Source: an uncultured Gammaproteobacteria bacterium (GTDB taxonomy: Bacteria > Pseudomonadota > Gammaproteobacteria > JABCZS01). Taken from it: a stretch of 64,000 nt of DNA. Made by a program: the position numbers and the translations under genes. The notes under the pieces were generated by a model that was not told the DNA's origin, made no database searches, and saw only the letters and a list, made by a program, of their open reading frames with translations. Shown piece after piece: positions 9,388 to 18,394 of the stretch. How positions within the stretch are numbered: the first letter of the stretch is position 1; each line of letters opens with the position of its first letter. The DNA lies in the NCBI GenBank assembly GCA_963848305.1, contig CAWKDC010000001.1:768001-832000 (forward strand). The letters run 5' to 3'.

Positions 9388-10209
9388 TTACTTATTGTGA
9401 TTCCTATTTAAAGTCGAAGCTGTCGAACGAGATGATTCCTCATCCGACCAAAACATTGAAAGGGATTCTTCAGTCGCCCAATAGTGACATGAACCTTCTG
9501 GATGAGTCAACAAAGTATTTGAAAATTGCTTGATTGACTCGAGTCTTGCTGATCTACAATCCATACCCGAAGCTCGCAAACCGGAGTCTATATATGTAAG
9601 CTCAACCGTATTAATGCTATCAAGTTTCTCGATAAACTCTGCATCAACAAACTGCCACGCACCGTCAGCACACTCGATGAAATCGCATGCATGTTCTCTG
9701 ATCATCTTCATGAATTTTAGCGCATTGTCATTGGTACCCTTCCACGGATCCCCAAAGAAACGTTCTATCCATTCATCCGCTTTCTCCTCAGGATATTTGA
9801 CCGTCTTTACCTTGTTACGCGTCATTGCATCAGACAAATTGATGAGAAAATCAATGACCTTATCTTTCAAATGGGCAGGAACTGTTATACCTTTTTGAAC
9901 AGATTCATTGACTCGAAACAAAACAGCATCTTTGAGATATGCTAAAAAAATTGTTCTTGAATCGACACTTGTCTTGCTCCAATTTGTTTTCTGTGCACGG
10001 TTACAATGCCACTGAATGAGTGTTGGTAACGCGTATGTCGCCATTTGAGCACAACATACAAATTGTTTTGAATTAACTACCTCTAATGCCATACTAATAG
10101 AAAATATGGCTGCCTCGGCACCCGGCAATGCAAGCATGTCATTCATTTTACATCTTTCATCAAATGCCTTCTGGCACTCAGCCACTGTTTTATTATGGTC
10201 AATCTTCAT
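9388..10209 (-). CDS. Hypothetical effector-like protein
   Basis: Long ORF; AGGAG RBS before ATG 10209; no recognisable domain; C-terminal EESLSMFWSDEESS... tail. Confidence 0.65.
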   Translation of the reverse strand: MKIDHNKTVAECQKAFDERCKMNDMLALPGAEAAIFSISMALEVVNSKQFVCCAQMATYALPTLIQWHCNRAQKTNWSKTSVDSRTIFLAYLKDAVLFRVNESVQKGITVPAHLKDKVIDFLINLSDAMTRNKVKTVKYPEEKADEWIERFFGDPWKGTNDNALKFMKMIREHACDFIECADGAWQFVDAEFIEKLDSINTVELTYIDSGLRASGMDCRSARLESIKQFSNTLLTHPEGSCHYWATEESLSMFWSDEESSRSTASTLNRNHNK

Positions 10210-10267
10210 GGTGTTTCTCCTGTTCATATTTATTGCTGAATGATATATCATTTTTCTAGTTTTAATA

Positions 10268-10286
10268 TAGGGGATTTAATCCCCTA
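10268..10286. promoter_or_regulatory. 19-bp palindromic box 3 (TAGGGGATTTAATCCCCTA), bidirectional
   Basis: TAAGAT at 10308-10313 on + (21-nt gap) and TATCAT at 10245-10240 on - (22-nt gap), between divergent genes. Confidence 0.85.
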
Positions 10287-10340
10287 TTTTTATTTAAAAT
10301 AATTGTGTAAGATAGCTTTAATTCGCGCGAGGAGTTTACA

Positions 10341-11294
10341 ATGAAAAATCCTGAATTAATGAGGCAGCTTTTTACAGCCATAGATGAAATGGATATGGAT
10401 GAGATTAGTGGTATTATCACAAAAAATAAAGATTTTAACATTAATGAACACAACCCAGATGAAACTTCTGTTTGCACACCCCTGATTGCTTCGATAGAAA
10501 TTAACAGCGAGGAATTATTTTTATATTTACTTAAACATGGGGCAAGCGTTGATATCGCTGATAAAAACAACAGAATGCCACTCTCGTATGCTGCTTCAAT
10601 TGATAATAATGAATATTATGTGAATCGTATTTTAACATTGACCCAAAATGTTAATCACCGTGACAATGATGGAAAAACAGCGTTACATCACGCGGCTTCA
10701 AGAGGTCGTTCAATTATCGACCTCGTCAATTATGGAGCGGATGTCACTATCGCTGATAATGATGGTAATATCCCTTTAGATATTGCTATTCGCTGCAACC
10801 ATAGCAACGTTGTTAGTCAACTTTTTTATTATACTTTGTCATCTGCAAAATTGAATAACCCTAAGGCTTTCCTAGACAAGTATAACAAAAACATAAACCA
10901 AGATGCGGTGATTCTTTTGAATCGTAATTTAATTGCAAACACTAAAGACAGGTTTGACAAAATAAGACTGTTACAAGGTGCATTGTCACAATCCACACCA
11001 TTTGGATGGTATTTAAATAATTTGAAAACAGAGAAGGCGTTTGAAGCGAAAAAACTCCTGCAGTCGAATCTTGGAAAGCTACTCGAAGTAACAGGGTATA
11101 ATCAATTCATAGAAGAACAAAATAAACCCGTAGAGTCTCCTGTATTCAACGCATATCAACCAACGGCTGCACAAACAACTACCGAACAAATCCTAAAGAG
11201 AATGGACGAACAAGATCAGCGGATCCTTGCATTGGAAAATGAAGTGAAGCGGTTATCTGAAAAACAGGGTAACGCAAGCAATTTCTCAATATAA
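10341..11294 (+). CDS. Ankyrin-repeat protein with a C-terminal coiled coil (candidate secreted effector)
   Basis: TPLIASI, MPLSYAA, GKTALHHAA, GNIPLDIA repeats; GAGGAG RBS. Confidence 0.85.
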   Translation: MKNPELMRQLFTAIDEMDMDEISGIITKNKDFNINEHNPDETSVCTPLIASIEINSEELFLYLLKHGASVDIADKNNRMPLSYAASIDNNEYYVNRILTLTQNVNHRDNDGKTALHHAASRGRSIIDLVNYGADVTIADNDGNIPLDIAIRCNHSNVVSQLFYYTLSSAKLNNPKAFLDKYNKNINQDAVILLNRNLIANTKDRFDKIRLLQGALSQSTPFGWYLNNLKTEKAFEAKKLLQSNLGKLLEVTGYNQFIEEQNKPVESPVFNAYQPTAAQTTTEQILKRMDEQDQRILALENEVKRLSEKQGNASNFSI

Positions 11295-11314
11295 TCACAT
11301 ACAGGAGCTACAAC

Positions 11315-11788
11315 ATGTTAAAAGATATCGAAAAGAATCTCATCAAGGCCTTGGCCAAAGATTACGATAAATTAATGAATCGGGAAGATAAACGCAAAAT
11401 ACAAAGTTTTCTGGTAGATCGAATTTACCAACCGTCACCGAGTGCGGTGACGTTTATGGAAAATATTTGTCGCATTATTCATTGTACTACTGTCGAAGCA
11501 GATGGTGAAAATGCTGTTCTTCATGCGCAAAAAACGCGATCACTGTTGGTCGCTCTCACTCAAGAATATCCTGGCGTACGTCAGAATTTAGACTCTATCA
11601 TTGCTAAAGAAAAGAAAACCAGCAATTTTACTGTTAGGCCTGATAGCAGCATGAATTCGTTTATCTGCGCTGCTGTAGCGAATAGCATTCTGGTGGATGC
11701 GCCGCTTATTTTTGATAAAATATATCCTCTGACTGACGATGCCAACAAATTTCTACTCAAGCAGGAAAATATTTATGTGGCAATCTGA
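11315..11788 (+). CDS. Hypothetical protein
   Basis: 157-aa ORF, AGGAG RBS, co-oriented with the ankyrin gene. Confidence 0.65.
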   Translation: MLKDIEKNLIKALAKDYDKLMNREDKRKIQSFLVDRIYQPSPSAVTFMENICRIIHCTTVEADGENAVLHAQKTRSLLVALTQEYPGVRQNLDSIIAKEKKTSNFTVRPDSSMNSFICAAVANSILVDAPLIFDKIYPLTDDANKFLLKQENIYVAI

Positions 11789-12803
11789 CGAAATAGAAAG
11801 TTTATCTCTTGATGAGTTTATTGAAAGCAGAAAACTCCTCACGCGCTCAACAGACACGCATCTCACTGATCGCGTACAAATCAGGTTGGAATTACAAAAC
11901 AATGCCATTCATGAGAATACACTCATCAAATCAATTGTCATTACAAAATATGATCTCAGATCAGATTATCATTTTTTCATTCATGCAATAGATGAGAAGG
12001 CTTTTGATGAACTTCAAAAACGGATGGGGCCATCGCATTTCTGGGAATATGACAATCATTCAAGGAAATTTTCACGAATATGTCTTGTCACGCAAGACAA
12101 CAAGCTTATTGCATTCATGTTCAATAAGATCATTCAGATTGAAAAGTGCTTTGAAAAAGATTTGCCTAAAGTATCTTCTACTATTGGGTTCTCTACAACA
12201 GATGCATACGAACAAGCACCCGAATGGATTCAAGTGGGTAATTTTAATAAAGCCATTTATCATGCAAAAGGCATCGTATCAGAAGTCTCGCATCGATGTA
12301 CAGATACTGATAAGGGCATTCATGAAATATCCTTAACCAGACTCATCTATTCTCAATTTGCATTGAGAATAACAGTGAAGTCCCTTAAAGAGCATGAAAT
12401 GCTTGAATCACTGCTCGGAAAACCAGAACATACTACTCCACCTATTATTATGCTGTACCAATGTCATGGCAAGGATATCCAATTACTCTGCGATAAAATC
12501 AGCACATTTACCCAATACTTTCAAATCAAACCAATTGGCGACACATTGATTGCTTCTATCAAAAGCTCCATGGAAACTATTGATGAAGTACAACAACGTG
12601 TTCAACCATCACTCCATAAAACACATGCTGAATTGGCTGCGGAGACTGCTGAATTTCTTAAAACTGTCTACGGTGGGCCAAGCACCCTCATCCCACAATT
12701 TTTCCGTGCCCCCGCAGCTGTTGGACGTCAACATATTCTTAGCGTGGAAAAGGTGATGAATAATATTCATGGATCATCAGGCAATAAAATGGAGAAAAAA
12801 TAA
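11775..12803 (+). CDS. Hypothetical effector-like protein
   Basis: Long ORF; likely start MWQSDE (AGGA upstream); C-terminal PQFF motif. Confidence 0.65.
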   Translation: MWQSDEIESLSLDEFIESRKLLTRSTDTHLTDRVQIRLELQNNAIHENTLIKSIVITKYDLRSDYHFFIHAIDEKAFDELQKRMGPSHFWEYDNHSRKFSRICLVTQDNKLIAFMFNKIIQIEKCFEKDLPKVSSTIGFSTTDAYEQAPEWIQVGNFNKAIYHAKGIVSEVSHRCTDTDKGIHEISLTRLIYSQFALRITVKSLKEHEMLESLLGKPEHTTPPIIMLYQCHGKDIQLLCDKISTFTQYFQIKPIGDTLIASIKSSMETIDEVQQRVQPSLHKTHAELAAETAEFLKTVYGGPSTLIPQFFRAPAAVGRQHILSVEKVMNNIHGSSGNKMEKK

Positions 12804-12811
12804 AAAAGCAC

Positions 12812-13354
12812 CTACAATACGTCAATAAGCCCGCGCTCAATAGCCTGCATGATCAGCTCTGAACGTGAATGACAACGCAATTTTGTTTTGACAGTATCTA
12901 AATAATGTTCAACTGTTTTTTGCGCCAAGCCCAAGTGATCGCCGATTTGTTTGTGTGTATTTCCCAGGGCCAGAAATTTCAAACAAGCAGTTTGTTGTTT
13001 GGTGAGGGAAATCAAGCAACGCTCACCTACAAGCACAGAAACACCATGAATACCAAGCACCTTGCCGGTATTACCAATAATAGGTGCCTTGGTCGCACGA
13101 TAAATCTGAGGTCTGCCTTGATATAAGCATTTTTCATAAAAAATATGGTTTTTGCGTGTTTGCATCACTTGAGCGTCATTACCAAGGTAAATCTGCGCAA
13201 ATTGCGCCCAGGGAAGCTCTGCATCTTTCCGCCCTACGACGTCATCCATCTTGTTTGCGCCAGCGGCAGTTAGCAGATCCTCGTTAATAGCCATATAATA
13301 ACCTGAATCACTCTTGGTGTAGGTCGCATAAAAACTGCTAACTTCCTCAATCAT
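12812..13354 (-). CDS. PAS-domain + LuxR-type HTH transcriptional regulator (copy 2)
   Basis: PAS-like region (YTKSDSGYY...VVGRKDAELPWA...KAPIIGNTGKVLGIHGVS); HTH nearly identical to copy 1; GAGG RBS. Confidence 0.9.
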   Translation of the reverse strand: MIEEVSSFYATYTKSDSGYYMAINEDLLTAAGANKMDDVVGRKDAELPWAQFAQIYLGNDAQVMQTRKNHIFYEKCLYQGRPQIYRATKAPIIGNTGKVLGIHGVSVLVGERCLISLTKQQTACLKFLALGNTHKQIGDHLGLAQKTVEHYLDTVKTKLRCHSRSELIMQAIERGLIDVL

Positions 13355-13384
13355 ATAATATTACCTCAACGCGAATATTTAGCT

Positions 13385-13413
13385 AGTTTACCAAGTCTAT
13401 AGAGTTTTGTCAA
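13385..13413 (-). promoter_or_regulatory. Sigma70 promoter of PAS-LuxR copy 2
   Basis: TTGACA-17 nt-TAAACT on the minus strand, with TG extension. Confidence 0.75.
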
Positions 13414-13448
13414 TAAACAATTTTATCGAATTGCAGAGGAATATGCAC

Positions 13449-13467
13449 TAGGGGAATTGATCCCCTA
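13449..13467. promoter_or_regulatory. 19-bp palindromic box 4 (TAGGGGAATTGATCCCCTA)
   Basis: Consensus match upstream of PAS-LuxR copy 2; no + strand gene follows. Confidence 0.8.
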
Positions 13468-13491
13468 TTACTCATAATTAAAAGAAGGTGC

Positions 13492-13752
13492 AGGCCGCAG
13501 GGCTGTAAGATATTAGCCTGGGGCATTGCCCCAGGTAAATATTAAATGATTAGAAGGAGGGCTGAAGGTACGTCACTTTTTATAGCATGAAGTACGTACC
13601 CGTTGTCATATAATACTAGGATTATCATTCCTTCTTGTCATTTTCTTCTTTCGCACTTTCAGCGCTCAATGCATTCTCTCATACATTTCCCAGGGTGACG
13701 GTTCGCTACGCGCACCTCACCCTGGGCTACAAGCTTAAAGGCCTTGCGGCCT
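13492..13752. mobile_element. Non-coding inverted-repeat element (REP/REPIN- or MITE-like)
   Basis: Ends AGGCCGCAGGGCT and GGCCTTGCGGCCT are inverted (11/13). Internal hairpins CCTGGGGCATTGCCCCAGG and CCCAGGGTGA...TCACCCTGGG. GC-richer than flanks; no ORF. Confidence 0.6.
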
Positions 13753-13791
13753 TAAGTTGAATAGTAACAAGATTTTTGTCATATCTAAATT

Positions 13792-14283
13792 TCATCGTTC
13801 AATACCAATATATATGTCCAATATTGTATTATGAGGGTCAATTGCGCGTTCATCATAGACCTCAAAATCAGCGCGATACACCCTGGTACCTGATAATTCA
13901 TCGGGTGTCATTCCCCAAATTTTTTGCCATAACTGTATGCATACCTGCGGCATTGCGCCTGGACCTGTTGTGAATTTTGAATAAGTTTGCGCAGGGATAG
14001 TCAACGCGACGCAACCTTCTGGCAGATCAGCGAATGACGTCACTTCCTCGCCGATGAAGTAAGTATAATCACCTGTCATATCACTTGCATAATCTGTATA
14101 GACACAAAATGTTTTACCTGGATTCTTCCGTTCAGTTATTTTTGCATTCAACGCTCTAGAAAAATATCTGTGTAAACATTGCCCAATTTTAGCTGTTTCA
14201 GGGTTCATTTCATGGGCATTGTTCGTTCTTTCTGAAATCCCAACCAGCTTAATGTCTTTAAACTCCATTATTTCATGTTTCAT
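13792..14283 (-). CDS. GyrI-like small-molecule-binding (AraC effector-binding/Cass2) protein
   Basis: LVGISERTNN, CVYTDYASDMTGDYTYFIG, RADFEVYDER, DIYIGI. Confidence 0.88.
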   Translation of the reverse strand: MKHEIMEFKDIKLVGISERTNNAHEMNPETAKIGQCLHRYFSRALNAKITERKNPGKTFCVYTDYASDMTGDYTYFIGEEVTSFADLPEGCVALTIPAQTYSKFTTGPGAMPQVCIQLWQKIWGMTPDELSGTRVYRADFEVYDERAIDPHNTILDIYIGIER

Positions 14284-14338
14284 CGCTTTGTCTCCCTCGC
14301 AATCAATTATTTCAAGATTCTATTCGGATTATTCCCTG

Positions 14339-14413
14339 TTGACAACCATACCAGCAACCGCTAAAATCAGTCAACCCTATTCGAGGAACTTCGCCATGAA
14401 AATATCTGCTTAA
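14339..14413 (+). promoter_or_regulatory. Sigma70 promoter plus leader uORF MKISA (14396-14413) upstream of the ABC-F remnant
   Basis: TTGACA-17 nt-TAAAAT at 14339-14367; GAGGA RBS then ATGAAAATATCTGCTTAA. Confidence 0.65.
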
Positions 14414-14457
14414 GTCGCCCTATCAACCATTCCCCTGGTTCACTTAAGAGAGATATC

Positions 14458-14914
14458 ATGCCGCACAAACCCTTTAAAATCAATCAAATCAGCATCTCAT
14501 ATCCGCACAAAATCTGTTTCGAGGACTTCAGCGTGGAAGTCCCTTATGGAAGCCGCATTGCGATTATTGGGCGCAATGGCAGCGGTAAGACAAGCCTGCT
14601 GCGTCTTTTGCGTGATACCGTCAAGGTGCCTGCCGGGTACGTGCCCCAGGTGATTGAGGACTTCGAGAACCAGAATGGTCGCATTCATGTTTTCACAGGC
14701 AATTATGATGATTATATCCGCTAACACACCGAAGCTTTTGATCCTAGATGAAATCACCAATAACCTCGATCTTGAAACAAGACAACATGTGATTGAGGTG
14801 TTGCAAGCTTATCCAGGCGCTATGATAGTGATATCGCATGATGAGGATTTCTTAGAGATGATCAATATCACTGATTATCACGTATGCAACAACCATTCAT
14901 TACTGAAAAAATAG
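14458..14914 (+). pseudogene. Internally deleted ABC-F ATPase
   Basis: Walker A GRNGSGKT and GYVPQ, then the inter-domain FTGNYDDY, then (other frame) second-NBD LLILDEITNNLD...IVISHD. Most of the protein is missing. Confidence 0.8.
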
Positions 14915-14958
14915 CATCTGAAAATATTATTATGGCATCACTTTAACAGGAGTATCTC

Positions 14959-15888
14959 ATGACACACCGCTGGAAACAAACCATCAACATCGACGAAGAC
15001 TTGGTTCGCACTTTATTGCAGTCGCAGTTTTCAATGAATGCATCCCATATTCAATCATTGGATGCTGGCTGGGATAATTCAGTCTATCTCATCGATGATG
15101 AAGTGATTTTCCGTTTCCCACGCCGTGAATTTGCACTGCCATGCATGACACATGAAATTGCGATTCTGCCTTATATTGCTGATCAAGTGCATTTTAAATT
15201 GTCATCGCCACAATGGATTGGACAGCCGTCCGATATCTACCCTTACCCTTTCGCCGGTTACCCGATTTTGCCAGGGAAATCATTATGTGATGTATTCGAC
15301 GATTTGATCGATGATAAGGCTTTCGCAGAAACACTTGCACTTTGGCTCAAGGAATTACATAGAGTGCCCGTACGTGAATCTGATATAACGTTACTGGCAA
15401 ATTCTCAGCAATGGCGATTGGATATTAGCCATCGTATCAAACTTTGCCATGAAAATTTGGAGCAATATGCATCTTATTTTAATGAAGCTGGATTCACTCG
15501 AGAGAACATATTAAAGTCTATTGACAAGATGTCTGAGCTTTCATTTATTGAGCAGAAAAAATGCTATGTTCATGGCGATTTGTACCACCGACATATCATC
15601 GTTGATCCTGCTTCAAGACAACCGACGGGGTTGATTGATTGGGGTGATGTTCATATCAGCGACCCTGGGATTGATATATCTGTGGGGATGATATTCACGC
15701 CTGTCGTCTTTCGACATTTTATTGATGCTTATGGCGGGGTAAGCGAATCCTCGCTCAACATCTTACGACTGAATGGCTTTGCGCACGCCGTGAGCTTTTT
15801 GGCTTATGGGTATGAGCAAAATAGGCCGTCACTCAAGCGCTGGGCAGGGCTGCAATTGAGGAGAACAATCGAGGAATTGGGGGGATAG
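14959..15888 (+). CDS. Aminoglycoside phosphotransferase (APH)-family kinase
   Basis: GWDN, FRFPRR, VHGDLYHRHII and GLIDWGD motifs. Confidence 0.88.
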   Translation: MTHRWKQTINIDEDLVRTLLQSQFSMNASHIQSLDAGWDNSVYLIDDEVIFRFPRREFALPCMTHEIAILPYIADQVHFKLSSPQWIGQPSDIYPYPFAGYPILPGKSLCDVFDDLIDDKAFAETLALWLKELHRVPVRESDITLLANSQQWRLDISHRIKLCHENLEQYASYFNEAGFTRENILKSIDKMSELSFIEQKKCYVHGDLYHRHIIVDPASRQPTGLIDWGDVHISDPGIDISVGMIFTPVVFRHFIDAYGGVSESSLNILRLNGFAHAVSFLAYGYEQNRPSLKRWAGLQLRRTIEELGG

Positions 15889-15904
15889 GGGAAATATCCC
15901 CGTA
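15571..15904 (+). repeat. Direct repeat copy A (APH 3' end plus box)
   Basis: Aligns without gaps to 19258-19591 (offset 3687). Confidence 0.9.
15886..15904. promoter_or_regulatory. 19-bp palindromic box 5 (TAGGGGAAATATCCCCGTA), overlapping the APH stop codon
   Basis: TG-extended TATCAT at 15929-15934 (24-nt gap). Confidence 0.7.
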
Positions 15905-15968
15905 TTGAGTAGCCATATTGATTGCTGGTATCATTGGTCTTGAGCCATTCCACATCGACGAGGTTTCC

Positions 15969-16682
15969 ATGAGCAATCCAGTGAGCAAAAAACACATCGT
16001 TGAATATTATAGAATGGTTACAAATCTTCAAAATGTGATAGCGCTCATGAACTGTGACGTAGATCAGTTACTTCTCACGATGTGGAAAGAATTTCTTAAA
16101 AAGTATTTTTCTGATAATCTACAAAGCGTGGTTCCATCGAAATCACTTGATTCTGAAGAGCAGAAAGCCACTTATTCAATGATATTTGAAAAGCTAAAAA
16201 AAATATCAACTGAATTGAATATTCCGATCCCAAAAGAAAACACAGGTGACAATAAATATGAACGATTAAAATTTGATGTGCTTATCCCAATGGTAAAAAT
16301 TCTTGAACCCATTTGCACTTATGCCCATGCGCCGGTATATGAAGGTGCACGCGGAATGCTGACATATTGGAACCATAAGATGGGCGGGACAGCCGCAAAC
16401 GTCATTGTTTCAGGAGGAATACTTTGCGGCTTATCAGCACTTCCTATCAATGTATTTCACGTTGAGAAGGATTTTCTGAGTGAAACAGCTGTTTTATCTA
16501 TTACATTACCCCTCGTTGCCATATGCTTGGCTAGTTTGTTCGTCCATGCCAATTATATTGATTCTAAACTGGTGAAATATGCCAAGAAGTATGATAACGT
16601 TCCGTGGGGTCTTAAATTTACAGATGAACGGACAGATGCAGAGAAAAAGGAAAACAAATTGGATATCAATTTCATCGTTTAA
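15969..16682 (+). CDS. Hypothetical protein with two C-terminal TM helices
   Basis: GAGG RBS before MSNPVS; hydrophobic pair near the C-terminus. Confidence 0.65.
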   Translation: MSNPVSKKHIVEYYRMVTNLQNVIALMNCDVDQLLLTMWKEFLKKYFSDNLQSVVPSKSLDSEEQKATYSMIFEKLKKISTELNIPIPKENTGDNKYERLKFDVLIPMVKILEPICTYAHAPVYEGARGMLTYWNHKMGGTAANVIVSGGILCGLSALPINVFHVEKDFLSETAVLSITLPLVAICLASLFVHANYIDSKLVKYAKKYDNVPWGLKFTDERTDAEKKENKLDINFIV

Positions 16683-17161
16683 TTATTAATTTTCAGTTTT
16701 TTATTCATTTCTTGTGCTATGTTCACGCCAGCGACAGTCAACGATGAAAATAACAAAAAGCTTTCCGTCAGCGCTGTTGAGACAGTATCAAACATACTAT
16801 GCTCATCATACATAAAAAACAATACAGGAATGCCCACAATGAAAAACTGCATAATAGGCATCAAGAAAAGAGTTGCTTTGAACTCTCCAATCATTCTTTC
16901 CATTTTTTCATCTTTGCTTTTTGCAATTTCCCAAGATTGAGAAATGAATGCCCATAGTATAATATACGACCCCACGGCAGTGGCTACACCAATGATTATT
17001 TTATCTGAAATGTCTGACCTTAAATCGTCACTGCAAATGGCGAGCAAATTGATCATTGTGGATGCCGTCAAACCAAGAAATGCGACAGCTAAAGCAGCAT
17101 TTTCACCATATGAAGATTTAGATTCAGGAGGATGAAAGATGTCATTCAATCTCGATTTCAT
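16679..17161 (-). CDS. Hypothetical 4-TM membrane protein
   Basis: GAGGA RBS before MKSRLN; four hydrophobic segments. Confidence 0.6.
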   Translation of the reverse strand: MKSRLNDIFHPPESKSSYGENAALAVAFLGLTASTMINLLAICSDDLRSDISDKIIIGVATAVGSYIILWAFISQSWEIAKSKDEKMERMIGEFKATLFLMPIMQFFIVGIPVLFFMYDEHSMFDTVSTALTESFLLFSSLTVAGVNIAQEMNKKLKINN

Positions 17162-17218
17162 CAAAGGTTCCTCAGGGCTGTTACCTTTCAATTGTAACAT
17201 CCTGCCTAATGCCTAGAA

Positions 17219-17237
17219 TAGGGTAATTTTTCCCCTA
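17219..17237. promoter_or_regulatory. 19-bp palindromic box 6 (TAGGGTAATTTTTCCCCTA), bidirectional
   Basis: TACGAT at 17259-17264 on + (21-nt gap) and TACAAT at 17196-17191 on - (22-nt gap). Confidence 0.8.
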
Positions 17238-17293
17238 ATATCAGCAAAAGCAATATGGTACGATGAAGAACTTAACATTGAGGAGTCATAACA

Positions 17294-18334
17294 ATGCCAA
17301 GACCCGTCGCTTTATTGGATGTGGATAATACACTGTTATTCGGCCTTGATAATGCCGGAAACAGTATATTAAATCAAAACCTAATCCTCTCGTTACACCA
17401 AAACGCTGTTAAAGACGTGTATTTGTTTACCGACATGACGTTCATGAAATATCTAGTAGAAGAAAGACTCTGGCTTATTTCTAAGCTTCAAGAATACGGA
17501 CTTATAGTTCATGGAGTTGTTACACCCAATGATTTAGCATGGAATATCACCGACGTTGAAAGGCTTGAAGACTTATTATTATCTGATGAATATCAAGGTA
17601 ACGACAAATATCGTGGCCGATTTTATGGAGAACAATTTGAAGAGTTTATTCGAACTCAATCATCTTTATGCACCTCAATATCTACTTACCAACCGAATAA
17701 TACTAAACCAGGAAAAGCGTTTGATGATGCAAAATCAGCATTAAATAATGACGAATTCTCAGAATATTTTTTGGTTAAAAGCACCATTACAAAAGCTTTC
17801 GGTGATCGCCTTGGTGCAAAGCATGGCTACCCCCATACAAAAGGATTAATGCTAGATCTTTTTCTTCACCATAGACCAGACTGGGTCGGCAGTATATTAG
17901 TGGCTGATGACAATAAAGAGGTAATCAGTACGTTCGAAATTGATCCCGTAACCTCACAGACAAAATTCAAACCAGTAGATGCTTCAAAAACGCCCTGTCC
18001 ATTGCTGACATTGATCCCAGTTAAGAATTTGCATCATGACGCACAATATTATGATAATCTCATAAAAGGGCATTTATCAAAGGACGTGCATTTTATTGTG
18101 CGACCTTTCATGCCTACCTTGCTCTTATGCTCTATGGCTGGCGGCGTCATTGTAACTGGAGTCGCATTATTGATCCTCGGTTCTGTGCACCACTTTGACG
18201 CAGAGCAAATGAAGCCTAATGATAATTTCTCCCTGAAATCAGGTTTATTTTTTACGTTCACAGCCTTAATTGGTTGCATCGCCGGCGGGGGTTTAGCTGC
18301 GCGGCAAATGTACAAAGAGAAAAGCACCCTATAA
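17294..18334 (+). CDS. HAD-like (DxDxT) protein with two C-terminal TM helices, effector-like
   Basis: N-terminal ALLDVDNTL; later ILVADD; C-terminal hydrophobic pair. Confidence 0.65.
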   Translation: MPRPVALLDVDNTLLFGLDNAGNSILNQNLILSLHQNAVKDVYLFTDMTFMKYLVEERLWLISKLQEYGLIVHGVVTPNDLAWNITDVERLEDLLLSDEYQGNDKYRGRFYGEQFEEFIRTQSSLCTSISTYQPNNTKPGKAFDDAKSALNNDEFSEYFLVKSTITKAFGDRLGAKHGYPHTKGLMLDLFLHHRPDWVGSILVADDNKEVISTFEIDPVTSQTKFKPVDASKTPCPLLTLIPVKNLHHDAQYYDNLIKGHLSKDVHFIVRPFMPTLLLCSMAGGVIVTGVALLILGSVHHFDAEQMKPNDNFSLKSGLFFTFTALIGCIAGGGLAARQMYKEKSTL

Positions 18335-18394
18335 TGGTCGCATCAGCCAATTTCTGTTATGATTTGGCAATAAACTTGTATCTAGGAGAAACCC

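Noticed and set aside
18313-18331. Possible ninth box (CAAAGAGAAAAGCACCCTA) before the 18395 gene
   Set aside because: Only CCCTA matches, it lies in coding sequence, and the -10 gap is 26 nt.
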